From assembly GCA_963778655.1 (NCBI GenBank), contig CAVZVA010000010.1:448001-512000 (forward strand): DNA of 64,000 nt, in the 5' to 3' direction. The position numbers and the translations under genes are program-made. Positions 28,600 through 38,711 of the stretch are shown here, piece after piece. The first letter of the stretch is position 1, and every line of letters begins with the position of its first letter. The DNA is from an uncultured delta proteobacterium. Lineage in GTDB: Bacteria > Myxococcota_A > Polyangia > Polyangiales > JAFGIB01. The notes under the pieces are model-generated. The model saw only the letters and a list, made by a program, of their open reading frames with translations. It searched no databases and had not been told where the DNA came from.

Positions 28600-29565
28600 T
28601 CAACGCAGCTCGTAGTCGAAATTCAGGTGCCTGCCGCGGCGCACTAGCGCGAGGGTGACGCGGTCCGCGTGTCGAGGCACGGAGAGCGCGCTGATCACGC
28701 CCGCCGGCGTCCCCAGCGAAAATCCGTTGAGGCTGCGCACCACGTCGCCGCGGCGAATTCCCAGCCGTGCGAGCACGCCGGCGCGATCCAGCCTGTCCAC
28801 CCGCGTCCCGAATGCGCGCCCGCGGTGACGCACGGTCCTGGTGCGTATCGAGCGCGCGAGCACGGCCGATTGCTGCACCGCTTTGGCCAGCAGGCCGCGA
28901 TCGACCCGGAAGCGGCGCTTACCGATCGGGTGGATCCCGCGCTCGAGCTCACCTGGCTTGAATGCAGCCGCCGCGCGTTTCGCGCGCCGGGCGCCGGCCT
29001 TGGCGCGGGCCTTCTGCTGCTGCGCGATCTTCTCTTGTGAGCGCGCCGTAAATAGCCCGAGCCAGCAGCTGGTGTCGCCCTCCGCGAGCAGCACCGCTTC
29101 CGGATAGATCTCGGCGAGCGTCTGGGTGCCCACCTCCATGCCCGCGTGGTAGGCGCGCCGCGGGCCGAGCTGCGAGCCGCTCAGCACGGCCACCGAGCGC
29201 TCGGGACTGCGGTGGTTGTATACGGTCGCCTCGAGCCGTAGATCGCCTTCGCAGGCGACCGGGCCTTCAGGCTCGGGCTCGACCTCGGGCTCGATCTCGT
29301 CGGCCGCGGGCTTGGGCGGCCACAGCGCACCGGTGCTCGGGTCGAACACGTTGCGAGCCAGGATGCGCTTGGGATCGGGCGCCTGACTGCCCGGCGGCGG
29401 GGGCGGCTCCGCAATCGGCGCGCGCGCGCGCTGCTCGCTCAGCTGGTGCCGCCGTGCCTTGGCCAGGCTGCCGGCAACCAGCGTGCTGGTGCCCAGGGCC
29501 CCGAAAAGGGCACTGGTCGCAAGGGTGCCGAGGACACAGAGGGCTCGCAGTTGGCGCGATCGCAT
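28600..29565 (-). CDS. Type II secretion protein C-like protein (TM anchor + PDZ-like C-terminus)
   Basis: N-terminal anchor, ILARNVFD, LGIRRGDVVRSLNG and LVRRGR. Confidence 0.65.
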   Translation of the reverse strand: MRSRQLRALCVLGTLATSALFGALGTSTLVAGSLAKARRHQLSEQRARAPIAEPPPPPGSQAPDPKRILARNVFDPSTGALWPPKPAADEIEPEVEPEPEGPVACEGDLRLEATVYNHRSPERSVAVLSGSQLGPRRAYHAGMEVGTQTLAEIYPEAVLLAEGDTSCWLGLFTARSQEKIAQQQKARAKAGARRAKRAAAAFKPGELERGIHPIGKRRFRVDRGLLAKAVQQSAVLARSIRTRTVRHRGRAFGTRVDRLDRAGVLARLGIRRGDVVRSLNGFSLGTPAGVISALSVPRHADRVTLALVRRGRHLNFDYELR

Positions 29566-29852
29566 GGCGGGTCAGAGGCCGGGGTGGCCGCGAGCCGGGC
29601 TCGCAACCGAAGCACGCGGCGGCGCGGGCCGTCGCTGCGAAGCCGCGCGCCGCCCAAGGGGACGCCCAGACACGACATCGCGCGCACACGCCCCACAGCG
29701 CCTACTGAGACTAGCAGCCCACGGCCGGCGACGCGAGCATGCGCCGGCCGGCGCGATGCGCTGTCAGTGTAAGCTCGACACGGCCTCCCCCGGCGCGCGC
29801 GCGGACGTGGCTTCCAACTTCCCCGCCCGCGCCACGCCCCGATTGCAGAGAC

Positions 29853-31097
29853 GTGTCCCACCTGCACGGATCGCACGCCCCCGAGGACGCCGCCCGGCGC
29901 GCGCGACGCGTCGCCTTTGCGCTGAGTTGGCTCGCGTACGCGTCGTACTATGTCGGCCGCAAGGGCTTCAGCGTCACCAAGTCCGCGATCGCGAGCGCGC
30001 TCGGGCTGGGTACCCCGATGCTCGCCCTGATCGACACCGCGTTCCTGGGCGCGTACGCGGCGGGTCAGGTGCCGAGCGGGCTCGCTGCCGATCGTATCGG
30101 GGCGCGACGCCTGTTGGCGCTGGGCATGCTGGGTTCGGCCGCAGCTTGCGCCGGATTCGGCTCGGCCAGCTCGGCTGCTGCGCTGCTGCTCGCGTTCGGG
30201 TGCAACGGCCTGGCCCAGTCGACGGGTTGGCCCGGCACGACCAAGGCAATGGCCGAGCACACCTCGCTGCTCGAGCGCGGGCGCGTGATGGGGCTGTGGT
30301 CCACCTGCTACCAGATCGGCGGCATCGCGGCGACCACACTGGCTGCGTTCCTGCTGGCACGCTTCGGCTGGCGCGCGGCCTTTCGCGTGCCGGCGATGTG
30401 GCTGGCCGCGGTCGCGCTCGTGATCTTCGCGTGGCTGCCGGGTCCGCCGGGAGGGACGGGCACGAGCACGAGCGGCGGGGACGGCGAGGCGCGGAAACGG
30501 GCACGCAGGGCGTTACTGCGCAGCCGGCTGATGTACGGGTACTGCGCCTGCTACTTCTGTCTGAAGCTGATCCGCTACAGCTTGCTGTTCTGGCTGCCCT
30601 TCTACCTGCACACCGCAGTCGGCTTCGGGGAGGTAGAGAGCGGTTACCTGTCGACCTCATTCGAAATCGGCGGCGTCGCCGGCAGCATGGGCCTGGGCTA
30701 CCTCTCCGATCGCTTCGGCGGCTCGCGCTCAAGCGCGGCGCTGCTGTCGTTGCTCGGGCTGGCGGGCGCGCTGCTGCTGTACGCGCGTCTGGGCGCCGCA
30801 GCCGCGCCGTTGCACTTCGCGTCGATGGCGCTGGTCGGCGCGCTGCTCTACGGGCCAGACTCGCTGCTCTCGGGCGCGGCCGCGCAGGATGCCGGCGGAC
30901 CGCACGCAGCTGCGACCGCGGTCGGGTTGGTCAACGGCGTGGGCTCGGTGGGCGCGCTGATGCAGGGCGCGCTGATGGTCCTGGTGCAGCGGGTGCTGGG
31001 CTGGAACGCGCTGTTCTACGTGTTCTTCGGCCTGGCCTTGCTCGCGGCCGCGTGCCTCGTCCCCACCCTGACCCCCCGCCGCGAAGGCCCGGTCTAG
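29853..31097 (+). CDS. MFS transporter (OPA/GlpT-like)
   Basis: YASYYVGRK, ADRIGARR, QSTGWP and ERGRVMGLWST motifs; about 12 TM segments; start uncertain. Confidence 0.88.
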   Translation: MSHLHGSHAPEDAARRARRVAFALSWLAYASYYVGRKGFSVTKSAIASALGLGTPMLALIDTAFLGAYAAGQVPSGLAADRIGARRLLALGMLGSAAACAGFGSASSAAALLLAFGCNGLAQSTGWPGTTKAMAEHTSLLERGRVMGLWSTCYQIGGIAATTLAAFLLARFGWRAAFRVPAMWLAAVALVIFAWLPGPPGGTGTSTSGGDGEARKRARRALLRSRLMYGYCACYFCLKLIRYSLLFWLPFYLHTAVGFGEVESGYLSTSFEIGGVAGSMGLGYLSDRFGGSRSSAALLSLLGLAGALLLYARLGAAAAPLHFASMALVGALLYGPDSLLSGAAAQDAGGPHAAATAVGLVNGVGSVGALMQGALMVLVQRVLGWNALFYVFFGLALLAAACLVPTLTPRREGPV

Positions 31098-31264
31098 AGC
31101 ACCGAACAGTTTGAAACGTGTGCGAAGTCGCGGTGATGGGGGGATGCAGGGTGCGGGCAGGAGCCCGCAGGCGTAGTGAACCCTACGTCAAGCGGCGAGT
31201 GCTCGTGCCATGCGCCCGCCAGGGCCGTGAAATCGTGCGTGTTTCAATATGTTCGGTGCTCCAG
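31094..31264. mobile_element. MITE-like element family 1, copy 2 (opposite orientation, most diverged)
   Basis: 171 bp with the same terminal repeats (right end CCAG); left CTAG contains the MFS stop codon. Confidence 0.85.
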
Positions 31265-31294
31265 TTTCTAGTCCTCCGCATAGATCGATGGCCG

Positions 31295-31381
31295 TTCACC
31301 CTCTCGCGGTGGTGCGGCATCCGCTGCACCGCTAAATGACCGATCGGCATGGCCGTTCCCGAATCGTGATCGGTCATTTAG
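31295..31381. repeat. MITE-like family 2, right-half copy
   Basis: 84/87 identical to 59887-59973; ends in a 50-bp hairpin CTAAATGACCGATC...GATCGGTCATTTAG. Confidence 0.8.
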
Positions 31382-33039
31382 CTCGACGACAGGATCCGCT
31401 CGGCGACGCGCGCCAGCAGCTCCTGGGCCGCAAACGGCTTGTCCAGACGCGCGTTGGAAACCCGGTCCAGGAAGGCCTGGGCGGCGCCGGTAAACGCGCC
31501 CCCGGTCAGAAAGATCACCTGATCGGCCAGCGCGGGATGCGCCGCCGAGAGCCGGGCGTGAAACTCCATCCCGCTCATGCCGGGCATCATCAGATCGCAC
31601 AGCACCGCGTCGAAGCGCTCGCCCGCCAGCAGCCGTTGCAGCGCGGCGCGGGCGTTGGTCATGGTTTCGACCTCATGCTGATCGCCGAGCACCAGCGCCA
31701 TCGAGGCCACCAGCGCCTCGTCGTCGTCGATCACCAGCACGCGACCCCGCCCGACCACCGGGGGGAAGGCGTGCGGCGGCGTCCGTTTGACGCGCTCCAC
31801 CGGCTCGGCCACGGGCAACAACACGCGAAACACGCTGCCGCGCGTCGGCTCGCTCTCGACCTCGATGCGACCGCCCAGACCGCTCACGATGCGGTGGCAG
31901 ATCGCCAGGCCCAGACCGGTCCCGACGTTCTGCGGCTTGGTGGTGAAGAACGGATCGAAGATGCGCTCGAGCACCTCGGACGCGATCCCCGCGCCGCTGT
32001 CGTGCACCTCGACCGCCACCATGTCCGCACCGGCGGCGTGCGCGCTCAGGCGCACCTCGTGATCGTCGGCCTCGCCCTCGGGGATCGCCTGGGCCGCGTT
32101 GATCAGGAGGTTGAGGAACACCTGCCCGAGCCGTGCCTCGCCGCCGTGGACGTAGGGCAGCTCGTCGTAGTCGCGCACCAGCCGCGCGCGATGGCGCAGC
32201 TCGTGCCAGGCCATACGCGCCGCCGAGTCGAGCACCCGCTTGAGCTCGGCGGGCTCCTGCTCGCGCTGGTCAGGACGCGAGAAGAGCTTGAGGTCTCGCA
32301 TGATCAAGCGCACGCGCTGGGCCGCGTCGTGCGCGTCGCGCAGCGGATCCTGCAGCTCGCGCAAGCGCTGCAACACCTCGGGCTGGCACAGACCGGGGGC
32401 GGCCTCGGCCGGGGGCTCGCTCGGGCGCTCGCAGCGCTCGATCAGCGTGGCGAGCCGCGCATTGGCCCACTCGAGGTTGCCGAGCGCGGCCGCCAGCGGC
32501 GTGTTCACCTCGTGCGCCACGCCCGCGGCGAGCGTGCCGACCGAGGCCAGACGCGCAGCCACCACCAGCTGCGCTTTCAGCTCACGCTGCTCGGTGATGT
32601 CTTCGATGGTGCCCACGTAGCCGAGCAACGAGGCGCCCTCGCGCATGGGCGCGGCGTGCAGCTGCGTCCACACCAGCCTGTGGCGGTCACGCATGTAGCG
32701 CGCGGCCACGCTTAACGACGTGGCTTTTTCGTACGCGCGCCTGCGCTCGGAAAGCACCTGCGGCAGATCATCGGGGTGGACGGTCTGCTGCCAGCCCGTG
32801 CCGGCCAGCTGTTGCTGGCTGCGGCCGAGGATCCGCTGCATCGCGGGATTGACGTAGACCACGCCGCGCCCGATCTCGCTGACGTAGATCCCGAGCGGCG
32901 CGCACTCGCAGATCGCTCGGAAGCGAGCTTCGCTCCCCCGCAGCACGTCGACCAGGTCGCGCGCGTCGGGCGCGCGCTCCCCTGGTTGCGCCGACTTCCC
33001 CATGCCCGGGATCAAAGCGGGGACTCCAGCCGAGGTCAA
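31378..33039 (-). CDS. PAS-domain hybrid histidine kinase with receiver domain
   Basis: PAS (VHPDD), H-box GVAHEVNTP, N-box QVFLNLLINA, FDPFFTTK..GTGLGL, receiver LCDLMMP..KPF; start may be ATG at 33003. Confidence 0.93.
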   Translation of the reverse strand: MTSAGVPALIPGMGKSAQPGERAPDARDLVDVLRGSEARFRAICECAPLGIYVSEIGRGVVYVNPAMQRILGRSQQQLAGTGWQQTVHPDDLPQVLSERRRAYEKATSLSVAARYMRDRHRLVWTQLHAAPMREGASLLGYVGTIEDITEQRELKAQLVVAARLASVGTLAAGVAHEVNTPLAAALGNLEWANARLATLIERCERPSEPPAEAAPGLCQPEVLQRLRELQDPLRDAHDAAQRVRLIMRDLKLFSRPDQREQEPAELKRVLDSAARMAWHELRHRARLVRDYDELPYVHGGEARLGQVFLNLLINAAQAIPEGEADDHEVRLSAHAAGADMVAVEVHDSGAGIASEVLERIFDPFFTTKPQNVGTGLGLAICHRIVSGLGGRIEVESEPTRGSVFRVLLPVAEPVERVKRTPPHAFPPVVGRGRVLVIDDDEALVASMALVLGDQHEVETMTNARAALQRLLAGERFDAVLCDLMMPGMSGMEFHARLSAAHPALADQVIFLTGGAFTGAAQAFLDRVSNARLDKPFAAQELLARVAERILSSS

Positions 33040-33080
33040 GCCGCCCGCTGCGCAAGCTCGAACGCAGCGGCCCCTAGATC

Positions 33081-33752
33081 CTAGCGCCGGCCGCGCACGA
33101 CGCTACGGCCAGGCCGCTCCGGGTGCACGATGATGACGTGCCGGTACGCCGGATACGGATAGGGAGAGTAGTAGGGTCCCGGATAGAAGCAGTAGGGGTC
33201 GAACGGGTCGCAATAGTAGCGATAATAGGCGTAGGGAGGCCCGTAGTAGTAGGCAGCACGCTGTTCCACGAACGGCGTGTGCTGTACGTAGCTCTGGTCT
33301 GCGCTGGTCATGCCCCAGCGAGCCCGGAACGCGCTCACGTCGTCGGGCGCAATGCCTGCAGGCAGCACGAAATGGAAGCGCAACTCGAGGATGCCCGCGG
33401 GCGCCACCTGGTAGGTGGCGTGCTCCGCCGGCGCGACCTCGGTCAGCAAGCCCTCGCCGGTGCGCACACGGTCGAGCACCACGTCGCCCGGACGCACCAC
33501 GATCGGAGTGCCGCCGGTGTTGTGAAGCTCCAGCCCCAGATGGATCACGGTGCGGTCGCCGGGTCCGCGGTAGGCGCCGCGCGACCAGATCTTGGCCTCG
33601 CCGAAGCGCCCCTTGGCACCGGTGAGGTCATACATCGATTCGCGAAAGCCCTGCTCGGTGATGCCGTGGACACGCTCGGTCGGCTGGAAGTACTGGCGCG
33701 TCGCGGCACAACCGCCCAGCAACAACGCGCTGACCAGAACGAATCGAAGCAT
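33081..33752 (-). CDS. Lipoprotein with Tyr/Pro-rich C-terminus
   Basis: GAGGAGG RBS; lipobox LLLGGC. Confidence 0.75.
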   Translation of the reverse strand: MLRFVLVSALLLGGCAATRQYFQPTERVHGITEQGFRESMYDLTGAKGRFGEAKIWSRGAYRGPGDRTVIHLGLELHNTGGTPIVVRPGDVVLDRVRTGEGLLTEVAPAEHATYQVAPAGILELRFHFVLPAGIAPDDVSAFRARWGMTSADQSYVQHTPFVEQRAAYYYGPPYAYYRYYCDPFDPYCFYPGPYYSPYPYPAYRHVIIVHPERPGRSVVRGRR

Positions 33753-33922
33753 AGCTCGTCCTCCTCGGCGCCCCGCTGGAAACAAGCATACCCCTGCCGC
33801 GTGCACCTGCCAGTGGCTCCGCGCTCCGGGGCGCGCGGAGCTGCGGGCGCGCCCAAGGTCGACCCCGGGCGTGGGCTGCGAAAGGCTTGCAACTCGAGCC
33901 GGGCTAGGCCGATATAGCGGAC

Positions 33923-35845
33923 GTGCACGACGCGATCGATCTGGACGGCGGGCTGCAGCGGATGGGCTATGCCCAATTTCGCCCCGGCCAGCGCGAGGCG
34001 ATCGAAACGCTCTTGCGCGGACGCAAGCTTCTACTCGTGGCGCCAACCGGCGAGGGCAAGAGCCTCAGCTATCAGCTGCCGGCGAGCCTGCTGTCCGGCA
34101 CCACGCTGGTGGTCTCCCCTCTCATCTCGCTGATGGCCGACCAGGTGCAGGCATTGCGCGGGCGTGGCGTCGCGGCCACCTATCTGGCCTCGACGCTCGG
34201 CGCCGAGGAAGCGCGGGTACGCATGGCCCGCATCGCGCAGGGCGCCTACAAGCTGGTGTACGTGGCGCCCGAGCGGCTCGCGCTGGCCGGCTCGGCGCGG
34301 CTGCTGGGCGAGCTGCGCTGCCCGCTGCTGGTGGTCGACGAGGCGCACTGCATCAGCGAGTGGGGCCACGACTTCCGCCCCGAGTACATGCAGATCGGCG
34401 CGCTGATCGCGAAGCTGCCGCAGGCGATGGTGCTGGCCTGCACGGCGACCGCCACGCCGGTGGTGCGCGACGAGATCCTGGCGCGCCTGGGGCTGCCGGC
34501 CGACACGCCCCAAGTCCTGCGCGGCTTCGCGCGTCCGAACCTGGCGCTGCGCGCGCTCGAGGTGGGCTCCGCACGCGAAGCCCAGCAGCGGCTCGAAGCC
34601 ATGCTGGCCGAGGCGATCGGCTTTCCGGAGGCGCGCGGGCGCGGCGCGGCCATCGTGTACGCGCCGACGCGCAGGCGCGTGGAGGAGACAGCGCAGCGCC
34701 TGCGCGCGCACAGCCCGCGCGTCGGCATGTACCACGCCGGCCTCGGCGCAGAGGCGCGCGACGCCGCGCAGCGAGGCTTCACCACAGGCGAGCTCGACGT
34801 GCTGGTGGCGACCAACGCCTTCGGCATGGGCGTAGACCGCGCCGACGTGCGCGCGGTGGTGCACCTGGCGCCGCCTGGCTCGATCGAGGCGTACTATCAA
34901 GAGGTCGGGCGCGCTGGCCGCGACGGGCTGCCGGCCTTCGGTCTGCTGCTGGCCTCCGCCCAGGATCTGCCGCTGCGCCGGCGGCTGCTGGAGCGCCCGC
35001 TCGACGAGATCGCGCCGCGCCCCGAGCTGGTGGAGCACAAGTGGCAGCTGTTTCTCGAGCTGATGCGCTGGGTCGAGGGCGGAAGCTGCCGCCACGACGC
35101 CATCCTGCGTTACTTCGGCGACGAGCAGGAAACACTCGCAGGCTGCGGGCGCTGCGACGTGTGCCAGCAGATGGACAGCCCCGAGCCGGAGGCCGGCGAA
35201 GAGGTTTCGCTCGCGGTGCGCAAGGCGCTCAGCGGCATCGCGCGCGTGCATGGCCGCTTCGGCTTGGTGCTGGCGGCCAAGCTGCTGGTAGGGGCGACCG
35301 ACCCGCGGCTCGCGCGCAGCGGGCTCGACGCGGTGCGCACCTTCGGCTCACTGCGCGGCTGGTCGGAGGCGCGCGTGGTGCGGCTGCTGCGACGCTGCGT
35401 CACCGCCGGCTGGGTCTCGTTCAGCGGCGACGAGCGGCCGGTCGTGCTGCTGACCGAGAGCGGCGCGGCAGCCATGCGCGGCGAGCGGCCGATTCGGCTG
35501 CTGCTGCCGCCCGAGCCGGGCACGGGGCGCACGCCCGCGGAGCCGGGCACGCGCGCGCGCCGCGCCCCGCCGGCCGCCGCGCAGACCGAGCTCGACGCGG
35601 ACGCACAGAGGCTGTTCGAGGCCTTGCGCGCCCACCGCCTGGCGCTTGCGCGCAGCGAGGGCGTTCCGCCGTTCATGATCGCCAGCGACCGCAGCCTGCG
35701 CGACCTGTGCCTGCTGCGGCCACGCGACGAGCACGAGCTGCTGGCCGTGCACGGCATCGGTCCGGCCAAGGTCGCGCGCTACGGCGCCGGCCTGCTGCAA
35801 GTGGTGGCGATCGAGCGCACCCGCGCGCGCCCGAGCCCGCCCTGA
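33923..35845 (+). CDS. recQ: RecQ-family DNA helicase
   Basis: PTGEGKS, VDEAHCISEWGHDFRP, TATAT, QEVGRAGRDG, zinc Cys cluster, RQC and HRDC regions. Confidence 0.93.
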   Translation: MHDAIDLDGGLQRMGYAQFRPGQREAIETLLRGRKLLLVAPTGEGKSLSYQLPASLLSGTTLVVSPLISLMADQVQALRGRGVAATYLASTLGAEEARVRMARIAQGAYKLVYVAPERLALAGSARLLGELRCPLLVVDEAHCISEWGHDFRPEYMQIGALIAKLPQAMVLACTATATPVVRDEILARLGLPADTPQVLRGFARPNLALRALEVGSAREAQQRLEAMLAEAIGFPEARGRGAAIVYAPTRRRVEETAQRLRAHSPRVGMYHAGLGAEARDAAQRGFTTGELDVLVATNAFGMGVDRADVRAVVHLAPPGSIEAYYQEVGRAGRDGLPAFGLLLASAQDLPLRRRLLERPLDEIAPRPELVEHKWQLFLELMRWVEGGSCRHDAILRYFGDEQETLAGCGRCDVCQQMDSPEPEAGEEVSLAVRKALSGIARVHGRFGLVLAAKLLVGATDPRLARSGLDAVRTFGSLRGWSEARVVRLLRRCVTAGWVSFSGDERPVVLLTESGAAAMRGERPIRLLLPPEPGTGRTPAEPGTRARRAPPAAAQTELDADAQRLFEALRAHRLALARSEGVPPFMIASDRSLRDLCLLRPRDEHELLAVHGIGPAKVARYGAGLLQVVAIERTRARPSPP

Positions 35846-36001
35846 GCGCAGCAGCACCGCTGTCGGGCATGACGCGGTCACTGGCGGGAATCGGCGACGC
35901 GGCCGCGTTAGCCGGCGCCGGCGGCTTTAGACGCGACGGGCCAACAAGGGTACTGTTAAGCAAAGCATGTCACCTTCAAGTAGCGCTCGGGTTTCTTCTT
36001 C

Positions 36002-37129
36002 ATGATCTTGAGCTCCACTCAGGAAGCCATTCGCGACGCCATCAGTGCCTTCGCGCGCGAGGAGATCGCGCCGCGCTCACGGGCGTTCGAGGCGGCCGGC
36101 GGCTATCCGCAAGAGTTGTTCTCGCGCATGGCAGCGCTGGGCCTGATGGGCATGACGGCGCCCGAGAATTTCGGCGGCGCGGCTGCGGACTATGTGTCCT
36201 ACGCGCTTGCGCTGATCGAGATCGCCGCAGCGGACGGCGCCCTGTCCACCGTCTTATCAGTGCAAAACAGCCTCATCGTCTCAGGCCTTCTGAAGGACGG
36301 GACCCCCGCCCAGCAGAAGCGATTCCTACCAGATTTGATCGCGGGTCGCATGATCGGCGCCTTCGCTTTGACGGAGGCGGACGCCGGATCGGACGCGGCG
36401 GCTATCCGCACGCGAGCATCGAAGACCAACGGGGGCTATGTTCTGAACGGCGCGAAGCAATTCATCACTTCGGGCCAGATCGCCGGCCTTGCGATCGTGA
36501 TCGCCGTCACCGATCCCGAGGCAGGAAAGAAGGGCATGTCCGCCTTCCTCGTCCCGACGGACCGGCGCGGCTACATCGTGGAGAAGGTCGAGCACAAGCT
36601 CGGGCAAGTCGCCTCCGACACCTGCGCGATCCGCTTCGATGATTTGCTCCTGCAGGACGATTTGCGTCTTGGCGCCGAGGGTCATGGCTATCGCATCGCG
36701 CTTTCCAACCTCGAGGCTGGGCGGATCGGCATCGGCGCACAGTGCGTGGGTATGGCACGTGCCGCCCTGGACATTGCGGTCGCGTACGCGAAGGAGCGCC
36801 GATCGATGGGCAAGCCGATCATCGAGCACCAAGCGGTCGGCTTCCGTTTGGCCGACCTCGCCACGCGGCTGCAAGCGGCGCGCCAAATGGTCCTCCATGC
36901 CGCCGCCTGCAAGGATGATGGGCGACCTTGTCTGACCGAAGCGTCAATGGCCAAGCTCTTTGCATCCGAAGTTGCCGAGGCCGTTTGTTCGGGCGCGATA
37001 CAAACGCTGGGCGGCTACGGCTATTTGGAGGACTTCGGAGTGGCGAAGATCTATCGGGATGTGCGGGTCTGCCAGATCTATGAAGGCACATCGGATATTC
37101 AACGCATGGTCATCGCGCGGGCGTTATAG
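36002..37129 (+). CDS. Acyl-CoA dehydrogenase
   Basis: FALTEADAGSDA, LNGAKQFIT, QTLGGYGY and IYEGTSDIQ motifs. Confidence 0.93.
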   Translation: MILSSTQEAIRDAISAFAREEIAPRSRAFEAAGGYPQELFSRMAALGLMGMTAPENFGGAAADYVSYALALIEIAAADGALSTVLSVQNSLIVSGLLKDGTPAQQKRFLPDLIAGRMIGAFALTEADAGSDAAAIRTRASKTNGGYVLNGAKQFITSGQIAGLAIVIAVTDPEAGKKGMSAFLVPTDRRGYIVEKVEHKLGQVASDTCAIRFDDLLLQDDLRLGAEGHGYRIALSNLEAGRIGIGAQCVGMARAALDIAVAYAKERRSMGKPIIEHQAVGFRLADLATRLQAARQMVLHAAACKDDGRPCLTEASMAKLFASEVAEAVCSGAIQTLGGYGYLEDFGVAKIYRDVRVCQIYEGTSDIQRMVIARAL

Positions 37130-37138
37130 GAGCTCATC

Positions 37139-38324
37139 GTGTCAAGTGATCCAATCGTCATCGTTTCGTACGCCCGCACTCCCATGGGCGGCTTGTCAGG
37201 CGTCCTCGGAAGCGTCAAGAGCACGGAGCTCGGCGCAACCGCGGTGCGCGCCGCGTGCGAGCGCGCCGGCGTTTCCGGAGATCGAATAGAGAAGATCTAC
37301 ATGGGCTGCGTGTTGGCGGCCGGGCTTGGACAGGCACCGGCGCGCCAAGCGGCGCTTGGTGCCGGGCTTCCGCTTTCGGTTGAGGCCACGACCATCAACA
37401 AGATGTGCGGAATCGGGCATGCAGGCCGCCATCATGGCGTATGACTCGCTCGCGACCGGTTCGGCGGACGTCGTCGTGGCAGGAGGCATGGAGAGCATGT
37501 CCAACGCGCCGTATCTGTTGGCCAAGCATCGCGGCGGCGCGCGCATCGGTCACGACGTTGTGAAGGACTCCATGTATCTCGACGGCCTCGAGGACGCCTA
37601 CACGCAAGGCAAGCTGATGGGCGCATTCGCAGAGGATTCGGCGCGCGCCTATGGGCTCACGCGGGAAGCTCAGGACGCCTTCGCGGTTCAATCGTTGACG
37701 CGCGCGCAGACAGCCATCAAGACCGGCGCCTTCAAGCGCGAGATCGTGCCTGTCATGGTCCGGGGCCGCGGCGGCGACGTTACGGTCGTGGAGGACGAGC
37801 AACCGGGAAAGGCGCGGTTCGACAAGATTCCGCAGCTCAAGCCCGCTTTCGCCAAGGACGGTACGATCACGGCCGCAAATTCTTCGTCGATTTCCGACGG
37901 CGCCGCTGCCCTGGTGCTGGCGCGTGCGAGCATCGCCGAGAAGCTGGGTCGGAAACCAATTGCACGCTTCGTGGCGCAAGCCTCGCACGCCCACGAGCCC
38001 GGTCTGTTCACCACCGCCCCGGTTCCTGCGATCCGCAAGCTTCTGGGGAAGGCCGGCTGGTCCAAAGAGGACGTGGATCTCTGGGAAGTGAACGAAGCTT
38101 TCGCGGCGGTCGCGATGATCGCCATGCGCGATCTGGACATCCCGCACCAGAAGTTGAACGTGAATGGTGGGGCTTGCGCGCTCGGTCATCCGATCGGCGC
38201 CAGCGGCGCTCGCATCGTCGCCACCCTGCTGAGCGCGATGGAAGCACGAGGCGCAAAGCGTGGCGTGGCGAGTCTGTGTATCGGCGGCGGCGAGGCGACC
38301 GCCATGGCCGTGGAGCTAATCTAG
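37139..38324 (+). pseudogene. Acetyl-CoA acetyltransferase (thiolase) with +1 frameshift; may be a sequencing error
   Basis: N-terminal half to INKMCG in one frame and SGMQA...NEAFA..GHPIGASG..CIGGG in another; an extra A at 37411-37412 breaks CGSG. Confidence 0.8.
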
Positions 38325-38491
38325 AGCACCGAACATAGTGAAACACGCACGATTTCGGGGCCCTCGCGGGCGCGTGGCACGCGCGCTCCCCGCTCGACGT
38401 AGGATGGACTACGCCTTCGGGCTCCCGCCCGCACCCTGCATCCCGCCATGACCCCGACTTCGCACACGTTTCAATATGTTCGGTGCTCTAG
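38321..38491. mobile_element. MITE-like element family 1, copy 3
   Basis: 171 bp, nearly identical to copy 1; left CTAG contains the thiolase stop codon. Confidence 0.85.
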
Positions 38492-38530
38492 CGGACATGC
38501 ACGACACGCTCGATCTGGACGGCGGGCTGC
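38489..38530 (+). repeat. Imperfect direct repeat of the recQ start region (33915-33956)
   Basis: 39/42 identical; reads MHDTLDLDGGL versus VHDAIDLDGGL. Confidence 0.8.
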
Positions 38531-38612
38531 GGCGCGCGGCCTCGCGCAACGCCGCAAACGCACCTGTCGCGCGCCAAAGACGCCGGGAACGGGTTTTGAG
38601 ATCGGCTCTAAT

Positions 38613-38710
38613 GGCTTTGCCTCGCGCACAGGGAGTCGGCGCGACTCCCTGACAATCAAAGGAGAGATCAGCGTGTGTGATTCGATCCCGAATCGCGAGC
38701 TCTGATTTAG
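38613..38710. repeat. MITE-like family 2, left-half copy (inverted)
   Basis: Reverse complement is 92/98 identical to 59782-59879. Confidence 0.8.
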
Positions 38711-38711
38711 C

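Noticed and set aside
35975..36000. MerR/SoxR-like operator upstream of the acyl-CoA dehydrogenase
   Set aside because: The dyad symmetry is too weak to support
33592..36642. 1016-aa ORF overlapping recQ and the acyl-CoA dehydrogenase
   Set aside because: Arg/Ala/Gly-rich off-frame shadow typical of high-GC DNA; no motifs
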